Assembly: GCA_041736175.1 (NCBI GenBank)
Contig: JBGSUI010000148.1
Coordinates: 1 to 64,000 of the forward strand
Source of the DNA: Oligoflexales bacterium
Lineage (GTDB): Bacteria > Bdellovibrionota_B > Oligoflexia > Oligoflexales > CAIYRB01
Reading direction: 5' to 3'
DNA length: 64,000 nucleotides
Under the pieces are notes generated by a model, which had not been told where the DNA came from, did not search any database, and was given only the letters and a program-made list of their open reading frames with translations. Made by a program: the position numbers and the translations under genes. Below, piece by piece: positions 55,372 to 64,000 of the stretch; position 1 is the first letter of the stretch, and every line of letters begins with the position of its first letter.

Positions 55372-57060
55372 ATGAGAGAAGACCGGGCTAAATCATTTCT
55401 ACAGCTCATCCGACGGGCCCAAAGAGGGCGCCTTAAAATATATCTTGGTTACGGACCAGGAGTCGGTAAAACCTATCTCATGCTCCAGGAGGCCCAGAGA
55501 CTCAAACAAGTCGGTGTTGATATCGTGGTCGGTATCGTCGAAACCCATGGTCGAGCGGAAACCGCTAAGCAGGTCGTCGGACTCGAGGTGATCCCCCGAA
55601 AATCCATAGAGTATCGAGGCATCACGGTCGAAGAAATGGACCTTGATGCGGTCTTAAGCCGCCAGCCCCATGTGGTTTTGGTGGATGAGCTAGCTCATAC
55701 TAATCTGCCTGGTAGCCGCAACCACAAACGCTACGATGATGTGCGCGAGTTGCTAGCCGCTGGGATCCATGTGATCGCCACCCTCAATGTTCAGCATTTG
55801 GAGAGTCTCTATAATACTGTAGAAAGGCTTATTGGAGTTAAGGTGCGCGAACGAATTCCCGATTCTGTCGTGGCCGAAGCTGACCAAGTGGTCAACGTGG
55901 ACCTCAGTCCAGAAGATCTGCAGGGCCGCCTTGCCGAGGGTAAGATTTATCCACAGGAACGGGTGGACGCCTCCCTTGAAAATTTCTTTAAGCAAACCAA
56001 TTTGGAGCATCTTAGAGAGCTCACCATGCGGGAGATCGCCGCCCAGATCGATTTTAAACGCCGCGAGATTCCTGATGAGAGCGATCAGGGGATTCCCGAT
56101 CAGCTGATGGTTTGCCTCGCCTCCAAGGGACCCAATAGTGCCCGCCTCCTGCGCTTTGCCTCCCGCCTTGCAGGTCGCCTCAACCGCACATGGTACGCAG
56201 TTTACGTCCAAACTCCAAAGGAAGACCCCACCGTTATAGATGTCACTACGCAGCGACTCTTAGGAGAGACGTTAACCCTTGCCAACCAGCTCGGTGCCAC
56301 GGTGTTCACCTTTAAGGGTGAAGATATCGTGGACACCATCCTTAGGTTTGCGAGGGAGTATCGGGTGGGACATATCGTGATCGGTCGACCACGCCGGATG
56401 CCCCCTTGGAAAAGGTGGCTTGGTCGACGGAGCGTCGCAGAAAATTTGGTTTTTAAGGCCCAGGGATTTACGGTTGTGGTGGTCGATGCTGAAAGCAAAA
56501 CTGACGGGACTTTGCCAACCCATAACCGTATTGAGGAAGGATCTCCTGGATTCCTTCCCTTCGCCCATCCCGAATCCCCCGGCAACCGCATCGTCGACAA
56601 CCTTTCCATAAAGCGCATTGTGATACTTAATCAGAGCGTTACCAAAGACGAAGTCATAGGACTGCTCGCAAACCTAATCGTTGCTGATCTAAAACCTCAA
56701 GGTGGTCCATCAGACAAGCCAAGCATTGAGGGTATTCGGGTTGCCTTGGAGCACCGCGAAGCGGAGGGCTCCACCTTTTTAAATGATTTTGTCGCGATCC
56801 CCCATGCGCGCATGGAGCCCTTTAAAAAACCGGAAATGGCCCTTGCCCTGACCAGAAGTGGCGTCGCCGGCGTCCCAGCCGAACACCCTATCGAAGCAGT
56901 CTTTATGCTTTTAGCTCCCGCCCAAGGCACGGCAGCTGACTTGCGTTTCCTCACCAAGGCCATCCAGCTTTTTCAGAATCTCAATGTAAGACGCAATCTG
57001 CATAGTGCAAGCACTCCCCTAGAGGTGTTTCAAATCATCGCTGACAATGAGGTTCCTTAG
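55372..57060 (+). CDS. kdpD: Kinase-less KdpD: KdpD N-terminal domain + Usp + PTS EIIA (Fru/Mtl/Ntr-type) fusion
   Basis: RGRLKIYLGYGPGVGKTY, ETHGR, VDELAHTN, TLNVQHLESL; Usp block; C-terminal REAEGSTFLNDFVAIPHAR EIIA motif; no TM, HisKA or HATPase. Confidence 0.85.
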   Translation: MREDRAKSFLQLIRRAQRGRLKIYLGYGPGVGKTYLMLQEAQRLKQVGVDIVVGIVETHGRAETAKQVVGLEVIPRKSIEYRGITVEEMDLDAVLSRQPHVVLVDELAHTNLPGSRNHKRYDDVRELLAAGIHVIATLNVQHLESLYNTVERLIGVKVRERIPDSVVAEADQVVNVDLSPEDLQGRLAEGKIYPQERVDASLENFFKQTNLEHLRELTMREIAAQIDFKRREIPDESDQGIPDQLMVCLASKGPNSARLLRFASRLAGRLNRTWYAVYVQTPKEDPTVIDVTTQRLLGETLTLANQLGATVFTFKGEDIVDTILRFAREYRVGHIVIGRPRRMPPWKRWLGRRSVAENLVFKAQGFTVVVVDAESKTDGTLPTHNRIEEGSPGFLPFAHPESPGNRIVDNLSIKRIVILNQSVTKDEVIGLLANLIVADLKPQGGPSDKPSIEGIRVALEHREAEGSTFLNDFVAIPHARMEPFKKPEMALALTRSGVAGVPAEHPIEAVFMLLAPAQGTAADLRFLTKAIQLFQNLNVRRNLHSASTPLEVFQIIADNEVP

Positions 57061-57102
57061 TTTTAAATCGTATGGGGGACCATTGTTATTTGAAATATAA
57101 AG

Positions 57103-57120
57103 ATTGCATTATGCAAGGTC
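57103..57120. promoter_or_regulatory. Palindromic putative enhancer (bEBP) site
   Basis: ATTGCATTATGCAAGGTC containing TTGCAT-T-ATGCAA; second copy of the 47383-47400 motif. Confidence 0.5.
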
Positions 57121-57305
57121 TTTTACGTCCTAAATACGTTTAATTTATGACATTTTTTGTAAAAAAAATGTCCATAGAGCGATACTTTATCCACTTTCTA
57201 TGACCAGTTCCTAAAAACAAAAACACATTTTTAAGCAACTTATAATTTAATATTATTAGCCCGTAACAATAATTTACGACTTGACTTTGGCGAGGTCCCT
57301 TAGAC

Positions 57306-57321
57306 CGGCGTTGATTTTGCA
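57306..57321 (+). promoter_or_regulatory. Putative sigma54 promoter
   Basis: CGGCGTTGATTTTGCA, GG-N10-GC with TTGCA, 66 bp upstream of ATG 57387. Confidence 0.5.
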
Positions 57322-57386
57322 ATAAGGCCAAATGTAACCATAGGGGTTACTTGTAAATTAAAACGTAGGTAAATATAGGACCAATT

Positions 57387-57944
57387 ATGAATTTCGGAGT
57401 TTCAAAAGTTAGAATCATCGGACTCTATTTTTTAGCAGGAAGCAGTACTTTTTGTAGCCGAGAGAACACCAAAGACCAAACAGAAGAATCAGAGGTGTCA
57501 AGCAACCCATACCAGGATGAAAACATAGATCCTAAAGGTGAATACACCGTTAAAGCTAAGGATCGATTCACCAAAGCTGAGTCCCTTCAAACGGGAACCC
57601 CAGAGTCTAAAGCGCAGGAAAAGGCCCTCGATGTTTGTGGAGGGCGCGCTTCCGAACCCTGGAGTATCTGTACTATGGAAGGGCGACCTATTAAAAACGG
57701 CCCTGGCACCCGAGTCGATGGTGGCCTTATGGGTAACAGAGCCTGTGTGATTCAAGAGGCAAAAGGAAATTTTGATAAAACGGACCGTACTTGGCTTGGC
57801 TTCGAAGACAAGGCGAAGGGGATTACCGCTGAGCAAGCCGCCGAAACCAAGTGCCGTGCTGGTGGGGGCATTCGCTGCCAGATTAAGACCTGTTTCAACG
57901 GGGACGATGATAAATACGATTGGCCAGGCACTCAGGAAAAATAA
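57387..57944 (+). CDS. Cys-rich exported/lipoprotein with two DUF4189-like motifs
   Basis: Signal-like N-terminus with Cys; AQEKALDVCGG..C and AEQAAETKCRAGGGIRCQIKTCF. Confidence 0.6.
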   Translation: MNFGVSKVRIIGLYFLAGSSTFCSRENTKDQTEESEVSSNPYQDENIDPKGEYTVKAKDRFTKAESLQTGTPESKAQEKALDVCGGRASEPWSICTMEGRPIKNGPGTRVDGGLMGNRACVIQEAKGNFDKTDRTWLGFEDKAKGITAEQAAETKCRAGGGIRCQIKTCFNGDDDKYDWPGTQEK

Positions 57945-57957
57945 CGGCACAGCATGC

Positions 57958-59283
57958 TCAATTCGGCCGCTTGCGGGCTACGATGTGATAGCCTCCTGCC
58001 CCAATATCCAACCAGCTACTTAAATTGCCCACCTGTATCGGACTTGACCGGTTTAAAGTATTATTCACACCAAGCTGGCCGCCATTGTTGCTCCCAAAGG
58101 ACCAAAGGGTGCCATCCTGGCGCCGGGCTAAGGTGAAATACCCACCTGCTCCCACCTCCGCCCAGCTACTTAAAACCCCCAGCTGCACCGGACTAGATCG
58201 GTTTAAAGCATCACCCACACCAAGCTGGCCGTAAGAGTTACCCCCAAAGGCCCACAGAGTGCCGTCCTGGCGGCGGGCTAGGCTGTGATAGTATCCTGCA
58301 CCAACCTCCACCCAACTACTTAAATTGCCTACCTGAACCGGACTTGAGCGGCTTAATGCGGTACCCTGACCAAGCTGGCCGCCATCGTTGCGCCCAAAGG
58401 CCCATAGGGTACCGTCCTGCCGCCGGGCTAGGGTGTGATTGTATCCTACTGCAACTTCCACCCAGCTACTTAAATTGCCCACCTGCACCGGACTTGAGCG
58501 GGCTGAAGCGATACCAATACCGAGCTGTCCATGAGTGTTGCGCCCACAGGCCCACATGGTGCCGTCCTGGCGTAAGGCTAAGGTGTGAAATCCTCCTGCC
58601 CCGACCTCTGTCCAGCTGCTTAAATTGCCAACCTGCACCGGACTTGACCGGTCAAAAGTGTTACTCCTACCAAGCTGGCCATTATAGTTGCGCCCAAAGC
58701 TCCAGAGGGTGCCATCCTGAGACCGGGCAACGGTGTGAGCATTTCCTGCACCAACCTTTACCCAGCTGCTTAAATTGCCCACCTGCACCGGACTTGACCG
58801 TAGAGATTTGTTTCCCCTCCCTAGCTGACCGTAAGCGTTTTCCCCAAAGGTCCACAGGGTGCCATCTTGGTGTCGGGCTACGGTGTGATTTGCTCCCGCC
58901 CTAATCTCAACCCAGCTGCTTAGAGCCCCAGCTTGCACTGGACTTGACCGGTTTATGGTATTTCCCACACCAAGCTGGCCGTAATTGTTGCTTCCAAAGG
59001 CCCATAACTCCCCAACCGGGGGTTTTTTTGACCTCATCATCATGAGTTGGTTAAAGCCATAGAGTCTTTTCTCACCCATAGCAACCCAGGTCCCAAAAGC
59101 TGCCCGTGGGACTATGGCGGCAAGCTTTCTACGAGAGAGTGATTCCCGATTCGGACACTTCACTTCAGTTTCGGGAGGAGAGAGAGGGGAGGGAATAGGT
59201 TTTTTTTCGGAATCTTCTACACACTGTGTTTCTTCAGACGAAATCAGCTTTTTTTTCTCACCATTGTCTAGTTTTTGGCTCAT
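57958..59283 (-). CDS. RCC1-repeat seven-bladed beta-propeller protein
   Basis: Seven 50-aa repeats DGTLWxFGxNxxGQLG...RSSPVQVGNLSSW.EVGAGxxHT.ARRQ; GGGGGAG RBS; SRRKL segment before the repeats. Confidence 0.92.
   Translation of the reverse strand: MSQKLDNGEKKKLISSEETQCVEDSEKKPIPSPLSPPETEVKCPNRESLSRRKLAAIVPRAAFGTWVAMGEKRLYGFNQLMMMRSKKPPVGELWAFGSNNYGQLGVGNTINRSSPVQAGALSSWVEIRAGANHTVARHQDGTLWTFGENAYGQLGRGNKSLRSSPVQVGNLSSWVKVGAGNAHTVARSQDGTLWSFGRNYNGQLGRSNTFDRSSPVQVGNLSSWTEVGAGGFHTLALRQDGTMWACGRNTHGQLGIGIASARSSPVQVGNLSSWVEVAVGYNHTLARRQDGTLWAFGRNDGGQLGQGTALSRSSPVQVGNLSSWVEVGAGYYHSLARRQDGTLWAFGGNSYGQLGVGDALNRSSPVQLGVLSSWAEVGAGGYFTLARRQDGTLWSFGSNNGGQLGVNNTLNRSSPIQVGNLSSWLDIGAGGYHIVARKRPN
57970..59013 (-). 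repeat. Seven 150-bp coding tandem repeats
   Basis: TAAATTGCC..ACCTG..CGGACTTGA block recurs at 58021, 58321, 58471, 58621, 58771 with degenerate copies at 58171 and 58921. Confidence 0.95.
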
Positions 59284-59706
59284 TGCTCCCCCGGTATATC
59301 TTTCTTATTTGTTTTGATATTGAGCTTAACATAGATTCTTGAGACTAGCTATTCTCAGAAGGGGAACGTTGAGTTGACAATCGCACAAAATTAGCGATAT
59401 TTGCACTATCTTTCCACCATTCTAAAACAGCGAAATAGGCGCTAGTCCACCAAAAACTTACAAATTGAAAATTCCCTACCACCTTAAGTAGCGAGGTTGG
59501 GTACAGACCAATTAAAAAAATCTCAGATTGAATCATATTATGTCGATGAGGAGCTTTTTTGAGCGGGGGCATCATGATTCTATGAACACCGTGCTCCCGG
59601 GGCCTTGAAGCTTACCAAAAAACTTTTTAAAATAATAAGACGAAGTCCCAAGCTTCCCATTGGGAACAAGTTTTTCACAAAAAATATTGGGAAAATAGGT
59701 TAAATT

Positions 59707-60714
59707 TTGGTTAATGACACCTCGTTTATAGCAGAACTACAAAATGTCTTTTTGGTAGAATGTGAAGAATTAACGGATAAGCTCGAACGAGCTATTATCC
59801 AGCTCGAAAAAGATCCCCGCAACTTCAACCATATCGATCTTATATTTCGTTTTGTCCATACCATCAAGGGCTCAGCTGCCATGGCTGGCTTCCCAAACCT
59901 GGTTGCCTTTGTCCATGGTTTTGAAAACCTGCTGGCAACCATGAAGGCGCAAAAACCTACAATCACCTCCCATGTCGTCGATGTGCTGCTTAAGGGAAAC
60001 GACACCCTTAAGCTTTATACGGAGGCTCTTAGGGATAACGTTTACGCCGAAATACCGACACAAGAAACAACAGCCGCCATCCAGGCCTGCTTGGCGTCTT
60101 TAAACCCAGTACCAATCACGTCCCCAAAGGCTCCTGACTTGCCTAAAACGGTGGCAAACAGCGGTATACCTACTTTTCTGATTTGTGATGACGAAGAAGC
60201 CATTATTGACCTCATTGGCGGTTATCTTAAGGAAACTGGGTATAATATTGTGACTGCCACGAATGTAAGAGATGCCCTAAAAGTTTTTCACACACACCCC
60301 ATTAATGGCATTTTTACCGACTATATGATGCCAGGCCTCACTGGGACCGATTTTGTCGCCGCGATCCGTGCTAAAAATGAGTTTGTCCCCATCGTTGTAG
60401 TCTCTGGACACACCGAAAGAGAGCAATTCAAGGATTATCTAAAGTTAGGAGTCCTTACCTTCCTAGAAAAACCTTTTAGTTTTAGCGATATTTCAAACGC
60501 CGCACACCAAATGCTCCGCCATTCAGACCTCCAGACGGCATTGTTCGGCATCGCCAGAATTAGTTTTAAATTAACGGTATCTATCGAAAGACTCCTGACT
60601 TTTGCCACTCTAAGCTCTTTAGGTCTGCAAGAAAAAGAGCGCCTTTTTGGCATTATGGACGACCTACGTGCTGCGACTACAAATCTTCGTAATGCAGAAC
60701 TCAATAAAAATTAG
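59707..60714 (+). CDS. CheA-P1-like Hpt domain fused to a receiver domain
   Basis: FLVECEE..IFRFVHTIKGSAAMAGF..HGFENLL; ICDDE, FTDYMMPGLTG, VSGH, EKPF. Confidence 0.85.
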   Translation: MVNDTSFIAELQNVFLVECEELTDKLERAIIQLEKDPRNFNHIDLIFRFVHTIKGSAAMAGFPNLVAFVHGFENLLATMKAQKPTITSHVVDVLLKGNDTLKLYTEALRDNVYAEIPTQETTAAIQACLASLNPVPITSPKAPDLPKTVANSGIPTFLICDDEEAIIDLIGGYLKETGYNIVTATNVRDALKVFHTHPINGIFTDYMMPGLTGTDFVAAIRAKNEFVPIVVVSGHTEREQFKDYLKLGVLTFLEKPFSFSDISNAAHQMLRHSDLQTALFGIARISFKLTVSIERLLTFATLSSLGLQEKERLFGIMDDLRAATTNLRNAELNKN

Positions 60715-60885
60715 AGCGAATTACTCGGGAATTATAATTCTCTAATCTCCCTTGTGGGGAGTTTATACTCGTTCAAATGAAACGAAGTTTGGGTATTTTG
60801 TGGCCATTCCACCCTTGAATGGATCGAACCAAGATGATAAACACTCGATGGATTTGGTTATTGATTTAAATCCTAAAATCGCTAG

Positions 60886-63405
60886 ATGGAGGTCCAGAAT
60901 TTTTTTATGAAACTCAAACCTTCATCCTCCTCACTTTCCGTTCAAGTCACGCTAGTTTCAGCACTTATTTCGGTGGCCATCGGTGTTCTAGGCTTACTGG
61001 GTGTGTGTCTGAATCAACCTTTACTAGGATCCTTTGGACACGGACTTCCCGTCATAAAAGCCAATGCCGCTGTGGGTATCATCATTGCTGGGGTCTCCCT
61101 CTGGCTCCTTGGTATACGACACCGCTGGCCCATTGCCAGAACCATGGGAAAGATAGGTGCCCTGTTTATAGTCCTGCTGGGATCGTTGACGGCAGCCCAA
61201 TATGTTTTTTCAATAGATTTCCATATCGACGAGTTATTGGTTCAGGATTACAACCAAATCGGAACGGTCTATCCCGGTCGTATGGCCATTATGACTACGA
61301 TCAACTTTATCCTAAAAGGCTGGGCACTCTTGGTGCTTGATCGGCGACCCAAGCGATATAGCTTGAGTCAAGCTCAGTTCCTATCGGTCATAACGCTGTT
61401 TACGCCACTGGTAGCACTTCTTGGCTATATCTTTGGGGTCAGGGATGTAAGAGGTGCTGGACCCTTTTTGCTCCTCGGCGTTATGGCTGTCCCGATGGGG
61501 ATCGCCTGGATTGCTCTTTCGGTTGGGACCTTGTTCGCGCGTCCCTCTTTCGGATTCATGCGGGTTTTGACCGAAAGTGGCAGCGCTTCCTATGCCCTGC
61601 GAACCTTACTGATACCGGCTATTCTCGTGCCAGTCGCCCTTTCTTTAGTTTTCGTTTATGGAGTTCATCATCTCTTTTATATTCCCTCTTTTGGCGTTGC
61701 CGTTTTTTCGACCGTGGGGATTTTGATTCTGGCAAGCCTTATATGGCGTACGGTTTCAGGGCTTTCTACTCTCGAAGCTAAGGAAAAACGAGCCATAGTA
61801 GCCCGCAAGCGTAGCGAGTTGAGCTTGAGCGCGATGTTTGATTTAGTGCCCAGTGGCATGGTCTTTGTTAATACCGAAACGGGTCAGTTTATTAAGGTGA
61901 ATCAGCGCCTTTGTCAAATGACGGGATACACGGAGCAGGAACTGCTCCATATGACTTTTAGAAACCTCACTCACCCTGAGGACGACATCAGTCAGTGGCC
62001 AGAATATCAACGAATGGTAAGCTCGGGATCCGGTCAGTTCCATTTCGAAAAAAGGTATATTCGCAAAGACGGGACCACTATTTGGGTCGATGTTATGGGA
62101 TTTGTCATTGGTGAGATTGCTGGTACCAGCGTCAACGTCGCTATCATTCAGGATCTGACACTTCGCAAGGCAGAAGAAACCACCCTTCAACGGGCAAAAG
62201 ATTCTGCAGAAGCAGCGAATCAGTTGAAATCCTCATTTCTGGCTAATATGAGTCATGAGTTGCGTACACCTCTCGGGGTGATTACAGGGTTTACAGAACT
62301 CGCCGAGCGCAGTGATGTCTCTCCCGCCGACCGCCAAATCTACTTGGCGACGATCAAGCGGAATTCTCATATCCTAAAGAAAATGATTGATGAAGTCTTG
62401 GACCTGGCAAAGGTTGAATCTGGAAAACTTAACGTTGAAAAGGTACAGGTCGCGCTCCATAAATTTTTCAGCGACTTTATGATAGATTTCCAGCCGCTGG
62501 CTCAAAAAAACAAAAATGATCTGACTATCAAAGTCGACGGAGTGGTTCCAGAAAGCATCTACACGGATCCCTCTCGATTACGCCAAGTGCTGGTGAATAT
62601 CGTGGGGAATGCCGTCAAGTTTACGAGAGGTGGCAAGGTTTCCCTGATCGTCCATCTAGGCCCAGAGAGAGGTCCTAAGGAGAACGGCACGCTGCGGATT
62701 ACAGTAAGCGATACCGGTCCTGGCGTACCCGAAGACCAAAGGGCTAAGTTGTTTCAACCTTTCTCACAAGTTGATAATTCCATGACACGAAAGTATGGCG
62801 GCACGGGCCTTGGACTGGTGCTCGCGAAAAAGTTGGCCCAAGCCCTCGGTGGCGATATCGAACTCACCGAGAGTGAAGTCGGCAAGGGTAGTACGTTTAC
62901 GATCACCGTAGACACGGGCCCTCTCAGTGGTGTTCCTTTAGTCAAAAAAATCGAATTCACAAATGGGGAGGTGATGGCGCCCAAAAATCGGTTAGACAAA
63001 GATCTAGAAGGGGTGGCCATTTTATTAGCAGAAGACTCTGAGGAAATCCGGTTTCTTGTGGAAACCCTCTTAACCTCCCACGGTGCGACCATAACGACCG
63101 TCTCCAACGGCAAGGAAGCCGTGCAAGCAGCCTCCCTCCGAGACTACGATGTTGTCTTAATGGATTTGCAGATGCCAGAGCTTGATGGATATGAAGCGAC
63201 CAAACAGCTTAGGGAGCGAGAATATTCTAAACCAATCATCGCCCTTTCCGCATCGGCAATGCGCGAGGAATACAGCCGCGCTCTCGATGCGGGGTGCAAT
63301 GCTCATTTGACCAAGCCCTTTAAACACAGGGATCTTGTTGAAACGATACTCCATTACTCAGGCCCCCAAAGGTACGAGTCCCAGGTGACTGACTTGCATC
63401 CATAA
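60886..63405 (+). CDS. Hybrid sensor histidine kinase (multi-TM sensor, PAS, HisKA, HATPase, REC)
   Basis: About 8 hydrophobic segments, PAS with THPED/RKDG, FLANMSHELRTPL, NAVKFT, GGTGLGL, MDLQMPELDGY. Confidence 0.93.
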   Translation: MEVQNFFMKLKPSSSSLSVQVTLVSALISVAIGVLGLLGVCLNQPLLGSFGHGLPVIKANAAVGIIIAGVSLWLLGIRHRWPIARTMGKIGALFIVLLGSLTAAQYVFSIDFHIDELLVQDYNQIGTVYPGRMAIMTTINFILKGWALLVLDRRPKRYSLSQAQFLSVITLFTPLVALLGYIFGVRDVRGAGPFLLLGVMAVPMGIAWIALSVGTLFARPSFGFMRVLTESGSASYALRTLLIPAILVPVALSLVFVYGVHHLFYIPSFGVAVFSTVGILILASLIWRTVSGLSTLEAKEKRAIVARKRSELSLSAMFDLVPSGMVFVNTETGQFIKVNQRLCQMTGYTEQELLHMTFRNLTHPEDDISQWPEYQRMVSSGSGQFHFEKRYIRKDGTTIWVDVMGFVIGEIAGTSVNVAIIQDLTLRKAEETTLQRAKDSAEAANQLKSSFLANMSHELRTPLGVITGFTELAERSDVSPADRQIYLATIKRNSHILKKMIDEVLDLAKVESGKLNVEKVQVALHKFFSDFMIDFQPLAQKNKNDLTIKVDGVVPESIYTDPSRLRQVLVNIVGNAVKFTRGGKVSLIVHLGPERGPKENGTLRITVSDTGPGVPEDQRAKLFQPFSQVDNSMTRKYGGTGLGLVLAKKLAQALGGDIELTESEVGKGSTFTITVDTGPLSGVPLVKKIEFTNGEVMAPKNRLDKDLEGVAILLAEDSEEIRFLVETLLTSHGATITTVSNGKEAVQAASLRDYDVVLMDLQMPELDGYEATKQLREREYSKPIIALSASAMREEYSRALDAGCNAHLTKPFKHRDLVETILHYSGPQRYESQVTDLHP

Positions 63406-64000
63406 CTGTTGGCCAACACCCAATAGCAGGTCTTGCGCTGCCCTTTTTGTAAGGCGCGCCAGGAATATCGTCTCTCCCACCCGGATGCGAACCAAGACCA
63501 GTCCAGGATGGTTGTCCGCTACGATTCCGTCAATCTGACCTCTTAAGACGTTATGGATGCTACTCTGCCCCGGCTCCATCGTAAGACTGACATCCCTCGC
63601 AAGGACGCGCACTCTCACCCGGTCACCCAGTGTTAGGCCATCATCGACCAACCAGAGGGATCCTCCCGGAAAATCCAAGCGGGCTAAATAGAATATCGAG
63701 TCTTTGGCGCCGATCACTCCTTCCACGATGGTCCCCGCGAATTCATCGAGCCGGACTGGCGGTTCCAGACCTGTCATGATTTCACCAAGGGGACCCTGGG
63801 CCACCATCCGCCCCTGGTCGATAACCATAAGGTGATCTGCGAGACGGACGATCTCATCTGCAGAATGTGTGACATAGAGGATGGGAATCTCCCGAAGCTG
63901 GTGCAGCCTCTCTAAATAGGGGAGGATTTCCTGTTTTCGACTAAAATCCAGGGACGCAAGTGGTTCGTCCATCAGAAGGAGGCGTGGGCTTAGGGCCACA
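63358..64000 (-). CDS. modC: Molybdate ABC transporter ATP-binding protein, 5' part outside window
   Basis: LLLMDEPLASLD..RKQEILPYLERL, YVTHS, RVRVLARDVSL, SSIHNVL TOBE/Mop region. Confidence 0.92.
   Translation of the reverse strand, partial: VALSPRLLLMDEPLASLDFSRKQEILPYLERLHQLREIPILYVTHSADEIVRLADHLMVIDQGRMVAQGPLGEIMTGLEPPVRLDEFAGTIVEGVIGAKDSIFYLARLDFPGGSLWLVDDGLTLGDRVRVRVLARDVSLTMEPGQSSIHNVLRGQIDGIVADNHPGLVLVRIRVGETIFLARLTKRAAQDLLLGVGQQLWMQVSHLGLVPLGA

Noticed and set aside
57970..59013. CRISPR array or complete DGR
   Set aside because: 150-bp in-frame coding repeats without unique spacers; no cas genes, reverse transcriptase or template repeat in the window
59401..59416. Sigma54-like box upstream of the RCC1 gene (minus strand TGGAAAGATAGTGCAA)
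   Set aside because: Only 9 nt between GG and GC; sigma54 requires 10

Overview
Bacterial chromosomal window, roughly 50% GC by eye, densely coding, with no rRNA, tRNA, CRISPR array, integrase or transposase that I can recognise. Gene content (many lipoprotein/secreted chymotrypsin-fold proteases, Tyr-rich secreted protein, RCC1 repeats, sigma54- and FliA-like promoters) suggests Bdellovibrionota/Oligoflexia or a related group; this is inference. Housekeeping genes: mtgA, arfB, M3 and M20 peptidases, ung, fabH, uppP, proBA, galM, partial modC. Accessory content: (i) a GH5 + 2x GH94 cellulose/beta-glucan locus, a GH32 lipoprotein and an expansin-like DPBB lipoprotein, of which the GH5, GH32 and DPBB genes have sigma54-like promoters; (ii) a 25-37 kb block of secreted proteins including an active trypsin, a triad-dead pseudoprotease, and a V8-like protease gene followed by a precursor-like protein whose 56-aa tail is 43% Tyr; (iii) a tandem pair of CheZ-motif proteins; (iv) a kdp operon with a sigma54 activator/KinB-like kinase pair and a kinase-less KdpD-Usp-PTS EIIA fusion, flanked by a repeated palindromic site; (v) a 7-repeat RCC1 propeller with hypervariable loop codons; (vi) two solitary ATPase-nuclease genes. 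Best candidates for undescribed biology: the Tyr-rich precursor/protease pair, the rewired Kdp circuit, the CheZ-like pair and the RCC1 diversification pattern. All family calls are from motif recognition by eye; no database searches were run.
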